From Piedraia hortae CBS 480.64 (lineage: Eukaryota): 64,000 bases of DNA. The notes below the pieces were generated by a model that searched no databases, was not told the DNA's origin, and saw only the letters and a list, made by a program, of their open reading frames with translations. The stretch lies in assembly GCA_010093745.1 (NCBI GenBank), contig MU005957.1, positions 496,001 to 560,000 of the forward strand, given 5' to 3'. Positions 1 to 10,853 of this stretch are shown here, in pieces. A program made the translations under genes and the position numbers. Within the stretch, counting starts at the first letter, position 1, and every line of letters begins with the position of its first letter.

Positions 1-189
1 GATATCGGTTTGACGATGCAGATGGCTGACAAAATCGCCGATTTCGAGAAGCGTCGGAGCTCCGAAACCCCGTGGCTGGACGGCAGTGGCTACCTGAGTC
101 GACACCGGACAGGGCCGGTCAAGGTTGAGGCCGCGTCGGTACCGACGACGAACCGGGGTGATGAAAAGCAGGATCCGTTGGAGTGGTAG
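1..189 (+). CDS. LEU1: 3-isopropylmalate dehydratase, C-terminal end (partial, gene begins before the window)
   Basis: Frame 1 reads DIGLTMQMADKIADFEKRRSSETPWLDGSGYL...GPVKVEAASVPTTNRGDEKQDPLEW*, which I recognise as the C-terminus of Pezizomycotina Leu1. Confidence 0.85.
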   Translation, partial: DIGLTMQMADKIADFEKRRSSETPWLDGSGYLSRHRTGPVKVEAASVPTTNRGDEKQDPLEW

Positions 190-548
190 TTTCGTAAATT
201 AAAAGTGGAGCTCGTAATGGGACGCCCGACTGTACGGGCCCTGAGTTAAGCCTCAAAAGGACTCCGATTGGCTGTTCAACCTAATTGCGACCCACATAGC
301 CCCCCCGTTTCATCCACGCGCAGTGACATGTCAAGCGATCGTTCTTTCTAGCTCGGCTGTCTTGCTATTTTTACAGCAGACGTTGACGATGCATGACTCT
401 GCAATACAGAGACTCAGCTCGTTCGCTCGCGCCGATCGGGCGAGGGGTGCTCGAGCCTATTGTAGCCACCTTGCTCGTAATGCCAGAATCCCTTTCTTAA
501 GTCCAACGACCTGCAAACGGCCGTCTTCACTCGTTTCCCACACTCGCT

Positions 549-2969
549 ATGCGTCTTCCTTCTTTTATTGGCATTTTGGCCTTGGCCGGGGCCACCATTG
601 CTGCTGACACTCCCCTTTGTCCGACCTTTAATGGGAAAACTTATACCGACTCCAATGGGCAACAGTATAATGTCAAGTGCGGCGTACAGAACAGTGGAAG
701 GGTACTGGATACCACTTCAGCTACCACTACCCTTGGCCAGTGTGCTGCCCTATGCGATGCCCGTACCGGGTGTGTGGCAGTCCTCTTCCATGCCTTTGTG
801 AATACTTGTGATTTCCTTTCGTCGGTCGGGACGAACACTACCAACAGCAACTTCAACTTGGCTGTTAAGAAGGTTTCTCCTGTCTCATCAGACTCTCCGA
901 GCTCAACTGGGTCTCCACAAATTTCTGTAACCTTCACCGAGCGGGTGACGACGGTGTTTGGTGAGAGCGTGAGGCTTGTTGGTTCAGCTACGCAGCTGGG
1001 TAGCTGGGATCCGGCTAATGGACTTGCCATGTCTGCCAATGGCTACACCGACAGCAATCCAATCTGGTCCCTGACGGTCAGCCTACCGGCTGGGCTGACT
1101 TTTCAATACAAATACGTCGTTGTGGGCATTGATGGGACTATTCGGTGGGAAGCAGACCCTAATAGGAGCTTCGTTGTGCCCTTTGCAACCGGTCAATCAT
1201 CAGCAACTTCAACAGCCAACACTTGGCAATCCGTCAGTTCTAGTTCCACCACGTCTTCCCTTACCCTTTCCACCCTAGTTACAAACACAATCAAGGCTAG
1301 CACAACAACATCGGTGGCTTCCACAGCCACATGCACTCATTCTGCCTCACGGAGAGATTGTTGGAGCAAGGGTTTCGATATCAACACAGATTTCGACTCG
1401 AACTGGCCAAAGACGGGTAGGACGGTCTCATACCAGTGGACAATCACCAACACCACTTTGAGCCCTGACGGGATTCAGCGCCCGGCGTTCTTGATCAATA
1501 ACCAGTACCCTGGGCCTAGAATCGAGGCCAACTGGGGCGACACGATCCAGGTTACGGTTAAAAACTCTTTGACAAACAACGGCACGTCGATCCATTGGCA
1601 CGGCCTTCGACAGTATCACAATAACGGCCAGGATGGAGTTCCTGGGGTGACCGAGTGTCCGCTGGCACCTGGCCAGACCAAGACCTACACCTTTGTTGCT
1701 ACGCAGTATGGCACTTCGTGGTACCACTCTCACTTCTCTTGTCAGTACGGAGACGGGGTTCTTGGGCCCATTGTCATTCATGGTCCAGCCACATCCAACT
1801 ACGATATCGACTTGGGCCCGTTACCGCTTACGGATTGGTACAGGCCTACGGTCAATGCATTGGCGGCGAGGGCGGAGCATGCAGATGCGCCGGCCCCGGT
1901 TGCAGACAATGGACTCATCAACGGCACAAATACAAGCCCATCGGGTGGCAAGCGGGCTGTGTCGCGGCTGACCACGGGCAAGCGGCATAGAGTGCGGCTG
2001 CTGAACACGGCTGTGGATAATCACTTTACCGTGTCCCTTGACGGTCATCAAATGGAAGTCATTGCTTCTGATTTCGTGCCAATCAAGCCGTTCAACACGA
2101 CCAGCTTGTTTCTGGGCATTGGACAGCGATACGATGTGATCATCACGGCCGACCAGACCCCGGGTGCTTACTGGTTCCGCGCAGAGATGCCATCATCTGG
2201 AGAGTGTGGAAACAATTTTTCAGGCGATAACATTCGGTCCATCTTTGCCTACCCTGGGTTCGAGACTGCTACCCCGAGCTCGCAACGGCAAGCTTTCTCG
2301 GCCCGGTGCACTGATGAGACAAACCTGATCCCGCATTGGAACTCCTTTGTGCCACGTGGTAAGCAAGGGACTTTCACGGAATTCACAACGGCACAGCTGC
2401 AGCAAAAAGACAATGACGGCAGCGTGAGCATATACTGGCAAATCAACGGTTCGCATTTGATGGTGGACTGGAATGTCCCGACAGTGCAGCACGTGCGAGC
2501 GGGCGACACAAATTTCGGAAAGACTGCGAATCTCGTCAATCTTCCCGACGCTGGTGTGTGGACGTATTGGGTGATTCAGGAAATTGCCGGAAACCCATAT
2601 GAGCTCTTCTTGCCTCATCCAATCCATCTGCACGGCCATGACTTTTATGTCCTAGGGGCTGGTAACACTGCATGGACAGCCGACTCTGCTGCATCCCTAA
2701 ATTACGATAATCCACCCCGGCGCGACGTTGCTATGCTCAATAGCGGTGGGTGGTTGGCCATTGCCTTCCCAACCGATAATCCGGGGGCGTGGGTGATGCA
2801 CTGCCACATTGCTTGGCATGCCGATGAGGGACTTTCTGTGCAGTTTCTTGAATCACCCTCATCGATGCTGTCTACAAGTCCGCTCCCAAGTGACTATGAC
2901 CAGCAGTGCAATGCGTGGAAGAGTTACTATTCGAATTCGTTTTACAAGCAGAGGGATTCTGGGATTTAG
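549..2969 (+). CDS. Secreted laccase-type multicopper oxidase (AA1) with N-terminal PAN/Apple-like and CBM20 starch-binding modules
   Basis: Signal peptide, then a Cys-patterned PAN-like domain, CBM20 (VTTVFGESVRLVGSATQLGSWDP...FQYKYV...WEADPNR) and a Ser/Thr linker. All four Cu motifs are present (HWHG, WYHSH, HPIHLHGH, HCHIAWH), with a C-terminal DSGI plug. Intronless. Confidence 0.93.
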   Translation: MRLPSFIGILALAGATIAADTPLCPTFNGKTYTDSNGQQYNVKCGVQNSGRVLDTTSATTTLGQCAALCDARTGCVAVLFHAFVNTCDFLSSVGTNTTNSNFNLAVKKVSPVSSDSPSSTGSPQISVTFTERVTTVFGESVRLVGSATQLGSWDPANGLAMSANGYTDSNPIWSLTVSLPAGLTFQYKYVVVGIDGTIRWEADPNRSFVVPFATGQSSATSTANTWQSVSSSSTTSSLTLSTLVTNTIKASTTTSVASTATCTHSASRRDCWSKGFDINTDFDSNWPKTGRTVSYQWTITNTTLSPDGIQRPAFLINNQYPGPRIEANWGDTIQVTVKNSLTNNGTSIHWHGLRQYHNNGQDGVPGVTECPLAPGQTKTYTFVATQYGTSWYHSHFSCQYGDGVLGPIVIHGPATSNYDIDLGPLPLTDWYRPTVNALAARAEHADAPAPVADNGLINGTNTSPSGGKRAVSRLTTGKRHRVRLLNTAVDNHFTVSLDGHQMEVIASDFVPIKPFNTTSLFLGIGQRYDVIITADQTPGAYWFRAEMPSSGECGNNFSGDNIRSIFAYPGFETATPSSQRQAFSARCTDETNLIPHWNSFVPRGKQGTFTEFTTAQLQQKDNDGSVSIYWQINGSHLMVDWNVPTVQHVRAGDTNFGKTANLVNLPDAGVWTYWVIQEIAGNPYELFLPHPIHLHGHDFYVLGAGNTAWTADSAASLNYDNPPRRDVAMLNSGGWLAIAFPTDNPGAWVMHCHIAWHADEGLSVQFLESPSSMLSTSPLPSDYDQQCNAWKSYYSNSFYKQRDSGI

Positions 2970-3178
2970 GCATTTGTGTTTTTGCATGTTGGGCCGAGAG
3001 CCGCTCTAGATTTCTTCAGTAAATATTTAGCATTATTCAAGGGTTGTCGACCGCCAAGACATAGTGGGGAAGAAAGTTCTATATGTACAGCCCGGACTAG
3101 GCTGTCGCCCTTCTTAAAACTTTGCACTGTGAATCTGCCTTTCCTGGACAACACCCTCCTCCTCAATCACAGCCATAC

Positions 3179-4153
3179 CTACCACTCCACATCCGCCCCC
3201 ATCGCAAGTTCGTATTCCACATCCGGCTGAAACTCAGCATAGAGCGCATCAGGATCACTTGCCGCATCAAACGTATACTTTGCGCTTTCCTCCGGCACAT
3301 ATACCTTTTCCAAGCTCCCCTCCTTCACCGCCGCCTCGACCATCAACTGCACCTCACAACTTCTCTCCATCAACGTAAACAAATACGCCGCCTCATCCAC
3401 CGACCCCGTACCCACCGTCAAAAGTCCATGATTCCTTAAAATAACCCCCTTTCCCTTCCCTCCCAACGCCCGCGCAATTTTCTCCCCTTCCTCTTTATCA
3501 AGCACAATCCCCCCACACTCCTCATAAACCGCCTGTGCCTCCCCATAAAAATACGTAACATCCTGATTAATCATCTCCAACCTCCTTCCAAACGCCGACC
3601 ACGCCTTTCCCGCGGGGGAATGCGTATGACACGCAGCCACCACATCCGGTCTAGCCTTATGAACCGCAGAATGGATCATGAAACCCGCTGCGTTAGCGGG
3701 ACGGGACATATTCCCGCCTACGGCCTTTCCAGCGTAGTCGACCAACACCATATCGGATGCTTTGAGAAGGCCAAAGTGTCGACCTAACGGGTTCGTCCAG
3801 AATGTGTGTGGCCACTCTGGATCGCGAACGCTGATGTGCCCGGCCATTCCCTCGGTGTAGCCTTTGCGGGCGAAGACCCGGAACGCGAGGGCCATGTGCC
3901 TCAGCATCCAGCTACGATGGGCGCTGAAGGTGGGAAAATGTGGGATGCCGGGGAGGGGTGTGCCTTGGGAGATTAATTCTAGGGGGGTTTTGTGGGTGGA
4001 TTCGTTGGGGTGAGGTGGTGCATTGGGAGGGACGAGAGTTAGGGGGTCTTCGCCCGCGTTGGACCGCTGCACGTGGTCGGCGTCTTGGGGTTCCATTACC
4101 AGAGGGTCATGGATCGCCGCGGGCTGGGTTTCGGTCGTGGTGGTGATAGACAT
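3179..4153 (-). CDS. Class II aldolase/adducin head-domain protein
   Basis: Motifs GHISVRDP, TNPLGRHF, GFMIHSAVH, CHTHS and ILRNHGLLTVG. Start taken at MSITTTT. Confidence 0.9.
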   Translation of the reverse strand: MSITTTTETQPAAIHDPLVMEPQDADHVQRSNAGEDPLTLVPPNAPPHPNESTHKTPLELISQGTPLPGIPHFPTFSAHRSWMLRHMALAFRVFARKGYTEGMAGHISVRDPEWPHTFWTNPLGRHFGLLKASDMVLVDYAGKAVGGNMSRPANAAGFMIHSAVHKARPDVVAACHTHSPAGKAWSAFGRRLEMINQDVTYFYGEAQAVYEECGGIVLDKEEGEKIARALGGKGKGVILRNHGLLTVGTGSVDEAAYLFTLMERSCEVQLMVEAAVKEGSLEKVYVPEESAKYTFDAASDPDALYAEFQPDVEYELAMGADVEW

Positions 4154-6093
4154 GTTGGGTTGGGTGTTGGTGGGAGAGAGTTTCTTATGGAAGCAAGTGC
4201 GGGGTGGTGGGGCATTCAGAGCTTGACTCGAGGATTCGCTTCCAAGCTCCATACGCAAGACAAGATTTCAGATGAACAGTTGAGAATTAGAGAAGTTGGC
4301 ATGAGAGTCAGTGAATGTAAGCCTTGTCTCAGTATTGAGAGTACGGTGAGAAGAAAGCTCGGCTTGTGAGGATTGCATTCAGTGCAACCCCCACCAACCT
4401 ACTAAAATTCCCAAAGATTACTCGCGTAACAACTCCGTCGCCTGACTCATTTTCACATCCTCGAGGCTTGGCAACTTACCCATCATCTATCGGCTGCTGC
4501 TATTAACACAATTATTAGACTGGTGGTATACATGCATGAGACACGGGCTCCAGCAAGCCGGCATAGATTAGCCATCAATTGCCGTGAAAAGGAGTTAGCT
4601 TAGTGGTAAAATCATTCGATCGCTTACATCAAACAGGCAGGCGAATGCTCATGTGGCGCGGATGTTCTAAAGCCATCTGAGCAGCCATGTCCATTGCTGC
4701 AATGTTTTGCTTGGCTAATGAATACTTGAGGACGAATAAAGCTCCCTCGATCATTCGCAAAGATCAAAATGAACAGGTTCTTACCATACAGTCTTGCCCC
4801 GTTTCGTGAAAGGTCCCGCAGTCTTACCGATTGGGTCATATTGTCAACTGTTTATTGAATCTGTTTCGCTTCCCTGTAAATTACATTGAATAAGTGCTCT
4901 ACATGGCAGGGACGAGGGGAATTTTTGGAGAAGTTAAAGCTTTATGTCTCATGAATGGGTGGGAGACTGGGTGACTAGGTTGGTGGCATTGGACAGAGGG
5001 ACAAAGGATGATCGATAAGTTGATCGATTTTAAAAGAAAGAGACGATTTAGTATACAATAAATATCGACAAACACCTTTCCACAAGCAAGCTGGCTGGCT
5101 GCCCAAAATGTCCGACTGACCCATATTTACTCAACGGCCGAAAGAAATTGCCTGTCCAAGAGGTCTGCAGGGCTTGTCGTTGCAGCCACCGTAACGGCAT
5201 GGACAGAGCAGAGGCTAGTGAGCTCGGTCGCGATTGGCGGGTGTAGTCGCCTGTGCTTTGGCGAAGACCTTCATCACTCTCTTCGCACCTTCCTCTGGAT
5301 CAGAGCAGGCAAGGTCGATCCTCGAAGAAGCAAACATCCTTCTGTCGACAATTGCCCTCACGACCAGTCTTACCCATGCCGGAAGGCCATGCGAACTCGG
5401 TCCTCCAAGCCACCGATTTGCTCTTCCAATCCGAGTCCCCTGAGCCGCTTCGATGAGTCCTCTAGGCAGAGACCAGTCAATCTGATTCCGGCCTCCTCAT
5501 GCCTGATTACCGCCCGTAGGCGATGCAACGCAGCGAATTTACCCACTCGGTAGCTTCAGCCACCTATCTTGCTACAATCCCGAAGATGAGCCCGAGACCC
5601 AAGTTGAGCCCAATATTCAACCCAATTGTTCCAAAGGTTCGAGCCTCCTGGTCTCCTCCGACCATGCTTATGCTCCCTCATTCCCGACTGTCACCCGTAT
5701 GCGATGCACCACAGATACGAGCCACTTGAACACTTTCGCAACACAAATTTCCGCCACCTACTCCGAGATTAAGCCCAGCCCCAGAAGCGTCCACGCACCA
5801 TGCCTCATTATTATAACCTGTAGTGTGAAGAAAAGAAAGAGGAAGCACAGCAACAGCACACGCGCATTCCACTCATTCCAGCCCACGGAGCCGTCGTGAA
5901 TCGGAAAACTTGCAGGCAGTCGTCGACTTCCTTTGAAGCTGACTGTTTTCCCTCCCCGAGTTGCCCTCACAAGCCCATGTTTCAGTGGCAGAGGTGCGAT
6001 AATGTTGGTGGTAGATAACAGCCTAGAAAGTCTGAGTTGGCGTGAGGCTGAGAGAGATAGAGAGAGGTAGAGAGAAAAAGAGGGGGGGTTGGG

Positions 6094-6096
<3 letters not shown>

Positions 6097-6128
<32 letters not shown>
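6097..6128. repeat. (GT)16 microsatellite
   Basis: Read directly from the sequence. Confidence 0.95.
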
Positions 6129-6129
<1 letters not shown>

Positions 6130-7047
6130 AGAAGTCTGCCGCTTGCGGAAGGGTTGTTGAGACCGGATCCGTCTCCGAATAAAGGAGATGATGATATGAC
6201 AGTATTTGAGGACAAAGTCGTCTCATGTACTTAGTCGGGGGGTTCCTCCCAGAACACCATTCATCTAGAGATATCCACTTTTCTCTCTACTGAGGTATGA
6301 GCTCTTTCCTCCCCCTCGTACAGAGAGAGAGTGTGTGTGTATGTGAGGATGAGGATGAAGAAGAGGGAGACAATGAGAATTAGAATGGATTTAAATGCAA
6401 GTGCGTGCGTCAGTGAGTGTGAGTCATTCAGGGGTTCGAACCCACACTCACTGAACCACATCAGCCAAAGTCACATGATATCGGGGCACAATCACCAGGT
6501 GAGCCTCCTCCACCAGCTGGTAAACCCTGTGAAATTATCAAAACATTGGCCATGCTACTCAATGCGGAAATGCTGACTGTATGAGTCAAACCACTCATGT
6601 TTTGTCGAACTTGAAGTGAAACCAGGAAAATGAAGAGGGAAAGAACCATGGAATCTGTCTAAACACAGTATTGGCGGTTTTTATGTACAATTAGTGCCGC
6701 TGTGGAGCCATCGCGCTTCTGGCTGTGTCGAAAGAGCCGGGCTATGAATAGGCAGCATCTTCTATGCAAATGACTTTTGCGTGCTCCCAAATATGGTTGA
6801 ATCTTGGCAGTGGTCCTCTTCGAGTCTAAGAGATACCTACTCATGGATCTTGATCCGAAATCTTGATCTTATTTAACGGGTGACGCTACATAAGGCATAG
6901 CTTAAGTTTGACGAAAAACTCTGCGACTGGAAACGAGGGCATACGCCGCAGGAGCACAGCAAGCTACCGGAGGGAAAGTGACATCCTCCGGCTACAAACA
7001 GTCATGGTATTCGGTCCTTCGAGGCAGTTTCTTCCGCTCATTCTTGC

Positions 7048-7599
7048 TCAGGCCAAGGTCTTCAACGACCTCTGGACGACTGCGAAGTTAATATCCCGCA
7101 CATGCTTTCTGAACTCCGCATCGTCATCGTCATCATCGCCCGCAACGTCCTCGACATCATGGCTCTGTTCAGACGCACACAGAGAGCAGACGCACTGCCC
7201 TTGCTTTCCCTCCACGAGCCACTGGAAGTACGGGTAGAACCTCTTCAGGTTACGAAATTCCTTGCCCGAAGGGTAACCCCCCAGAGCATAGTGGCTCTTC
7301 CGGGTTTTACCGTGGCCGTGGGTCTTGGGGTAGCCGGCGTAGCCATCCAGCAGGCGGTCAAGGACGAAGTTCTTGACTGGCCAACTGTAGCCAAGGTCAG
7401 CGGCCCAGAGGAGGCCGATGCCTTTGAGCCACCAGCTGTCGCACGGCTTATCGGTTGCAGGCTTGGGGAAGCTGGCCACTATACATAGTGCATTGTCAGA
7501 GCGGACGGAGACGGACAGGTCAAGATGTTATATCATACCGCCGATGCCGTCCGTGTCGTTGTTGATAGGGAGGGTGACCGGTGCGGTAGCGGCTGTCAT
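7048..7599 (-). CDS. Clr2 N-terminal-like domain mini-gene, copy 1 (most intact; 2 exons, intron 7479-7538)
   Basis: Exon 1 MTAATAPVTLPINNDTDGIG, then a GTATGA...CTGAC...TAG intron. Exon 2 reads WWLKGIG...NFVLDRLLDGY...HYALGGYPSGKEFRNLKRFYPYFQWL...CVCSLC plus an acidic tract. This matches the Clr2 N-terminal pattern L..lP.GY...YL.GhPsG..FrS...F.pH..WL...CxCxxC as I recall it. Comparison with sibling copies suggests a frameshift near 7075. Confidence 0.75.
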
Positions 7600-9049
7600 G
7601 TTTGCGTGCGGTGAGGTTCGAGGAAGATGGAAAATGAAGAAACAAGCGCGACTTGTGGGCCATCATGGAGGAGTAAATGCCTCTGTGGCTGTATTTTCGG
7701 GGGCTTTCACTTGCGTCCGAGGATGGGAAAGATGTGTGCGGAACAAGCCCTGAGGCGCTTCTAGTTTTACAGTTGCGAAAGGGAGCGCGAGATATCTTCT
7801 TTGTGAATGAGCAGTGTGCGCAATCATCCTGACTTGAGTTTTTCCACGACACCACAAACTGGCTCGTCCAGAATATTTTGCTTCGGAGCTTGAAGAAAAT
7901 CTTTCCAGGATGCTAAGCTATATATTTTTATGTCACCAGCGTGCTGATCACTGTTGTGCAAAATAAGAGTGCCTTTGAGAAAAAAAAATTCTTATCATGA
8001 CTCTTAGCATGCTACATTGGTCACACTGAAAGCTAAAGATACCCCAAAAATATTTGTTTTGGGCAAGAACCTCGATGACGAATGAGAGTATGAAAAGCAG
8101 CGGTCGTTTATGTGGCAATGGTGGGCGCAACCATACACTTAGTCCACGGTTGGAAGACAAAAAAGTCAGCAGAGGCCGCAATTGTCTTGCCATGTTGCAT
8201 CTAAATCCTCAATATCCTTTTATCAGAACATCGCCCTGGAGTTACATCCAAGGGTCAGAATGTATGATCCACTTGGTTCGAGGGGAGGGAGCCTGAAATG
8301 ATAGTACACCTCATCGAGCGGGGCATGCACCCGGCTTACAAGATATCTTCCATGCATATGGTCTTTGTTTCCTCATGATTATGGCAAGGCCTTTGCAGCG
8401 AGTGGAGGTGTTTCTGCCCAAAATCCATGGCACGTAATTGTGGCGACAATACACCCGTGTCAAGCTCTGCGCCTGATAACCTGACGGGCAGAAAATTGAG
8501 GAACATCCAAACCCGCGCCCGGACTTCCATATTGGCGAACAAACTTTGCCGATAGGCTCCAGACTTTTGACCCACGAAGATGTTACTGTCGACACTATCT
8601 TGTATGTACACTCATCAGTCCGAAGCCCGCCTAGGCCTCAGGGCCCTTTCCAGCTTGTCGCGTGCTGCGTCCATGTTGCCCACGCTTTACTCCACTGTGT
8701 GCATTCGAACGTTAATTGCGCTTATCTCGGCATTGGTAGCTCTCCCCGGATCCAGGGCTTCACTTCTGTTCCTCTGATCGAGTCGATGCTTGCTGATACC
8801 CTTATGTTGCCCTCGATGCCCTTGGAAAAGGTCAAAACAGAAAATATGACGCCAAGGGCTCTGACAATGCCAAGAGCCTGGATGAATATGGCGACCGCAT
8901 CCCCGTGTAGGACAGTCGGGTTCACCAACGAGCAAGATCCAGCCCACGTAGCTGTTGGTACCCCTCCAGCAGCTCTTCGATGCTCACATTCATGATGTCT
9001 TGGGCTGCGGTGAGCTCAAAAAGCGATGGAAAAGGGTTTCCACTACCTA

Positions 9050-9654
9050 AAAGAGGTCGTGGTATTTTGTTCTCCTTGGGGAGGTACTTGTCTCCCCCCT
9101 GCTCGGGCCAAGTTCGTCCACTGCACCACGGACGGGGGCGAAAACGGTATTCGTTACGTGGTTTTCGAACTCCTCGTCGTCTCTATCTCACCCGCAATCT
9201 CCTCCGCTTCATGGTCGTTCTCTTCATTGCTACAGATTAGTAGTGCGCATAGCGTGCACGTGCATCAACCCTTCATGCCGCCCATCAGCCAGATGAAATG
9301 AGGTAAAACATCTTTTGAGACTTCTAAACTATTTGCGAGACGGATGGTCCCACAGCGCATGATTTTTGCCTTTCCACGGCCATGTGTCTTGACATACGCG
9401 ACGTGGTCGCGAGGAAGACGGTCGAGGACAAAAGTCCAGTACGGCCAGTCTTGGCCCAGCGGCCCAGAGTTGGCCAATATCCTTGAGCCATCGCTCTGGG
9501 CTGGGCTTGCCGGTGGCGGACGGTGAGAAATTGGCATCTGCAATGTAAAGTTAGAACATGCGGGCATAAAATTATTGAAATTCGGAAACTTACTGCCAAT
9601 GCTGTCCGTGGCATTGTAGATGCGGAGGGTGAGTGATGTAGTGGCGTTTACTAT
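9050..9654 (-). pseudogene. Clr2 N-terminal-like copy 2 (decayed)
   Basis: Start codon reads ATA. Same intron position (GTAAGT..CTAAC..CAG). WPYWTFVLDRLPRDH, YALWDHPSRK*FRSLKR and PHFIWLMGGMKG*CTCTLC, with frameshifts and stops. Confidence 0.8.
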
Positions 9655-10631
9655 TCTGGCACAGAGGTGGAGGTTCGCACCATCATGGAGTGCATACCTC
9701 TGCAGTGGCGTCGTTGAAAACTTCCACTTAAACCCCAATGGCGAAATCAGTGTGTCGGGTCATCACACCCGCACAAGTTGTTATACACGTTCTGCGCTCC
9801 TGGAACGCGTGAACGGCCCATCTCTTATCGCAGACTGAATCTCGATGCAGGACGGGAGTAGCGGAAAAGCGTCGTATGTCGAAGGCGAGCGTTCAGGCTC
9901 TGGACGTATTGATGCGGAAGAGAAATGCGTTTGCTCTACCTTGATGTTTTCTTGCCAAATATAAAGGCAGTTTGGATACGGGGTATATAACCGGGTTGAC
10001 GAAATAAGCGGGTTGAAGCAACCACATTGAATGATGGGCATTCTTCCAGAGAAGGGCCTTAGTTTTTATTTTGAGTGGGTTGTGTTTGTCACACTGTCAG
10101 CTGTCGGCACCCCATATATATATGCTTGGTGTGATAACAACCAGGAGGCATGTAAAGAAAAAGTTGTGTTTGTTTATACGGTGTTTGGTGAGTCTAAACA
10201 GAAACTTTGGAAGAAGATAAAAGGGTTCAGAATAGATGTCGCAATCATATTACCCTGCCGCATTCGAACCTCATAAAGTTCATTGATCCTGGCAGACTTG
10301 TCAAGCCCCTAAAAGCTTGCTCTTTAGTTTCCAGACCTGCGCGATGGTAATCCAGACAAAAAAGTGCACAGGCGGTTGAGTTCATAATGTCGGCTTAGGT
10401 ATGTACATGTAGCAAATTGCTCTTGGTTCATAATACCTTGCACGATGCATCGAGCCATTCACCTTTCGATTGACAGGATAAGACTGACATAATGCTGCGC
10501 AGAGTTTGCATTCCCAACAGCAAACGCCAAGGCTCGCACAGCACTAGTGTGAGCCACTTACCAATCCAAATCAATTTCTGCCAAACCTCATTACCACCTG
10601 CGCCCCTAAATCAATCCGTACAACGTCAAAA

Positions 10632-10853
10632 ATGGTCACCCAACAAGTCTCGAACGCTGCATCGCTCGGAAACCAGCCCGTCATGAACACTGGTCTTCAG
10701 ACGAGGAGCATTGAGGTCATATAGAACTTAGCCGCCGCGATACACGAATAGTGCAAGCTCTTACAGAAGGAGTGTGCTATTTACTGCTTGAAATATGTTA
10801 TCATGGACGAGGTTTACGGGTATGCTACCGAGTTAAAGGGGACGAACTGATAG
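10632..10853 (+). pseudogene. Decayed paralog of the 34856-35467 gene (partner of the Clr2-like gene)
   Basis: MVTQQVSNAASLGNQPVMNTGLQTRSIEVI*NLAAAIHE*CKLLQKECAIY aligns with MANQHVSNGASLRNQAAMNTGPQMPHIRAIIHLSAMLDEQYELMQEEQAIF. Two in-frame TAG stops. Confidence 0.75.

Noticed and set aside
4590..4652. tRNA-Gly-like fragment (TTAGTGGTAAAATCATTCG...CGAATG)
   Set aside because: It has D-arm and anticodon-stem resemblance only, with no T-arm or acceptor stem. At best a relic.
5150..5900. Coding-like composition with short ORFs
   Set aside because: No recognisable motif or consistent frame. It may be a decayed gene but cannot be supported.
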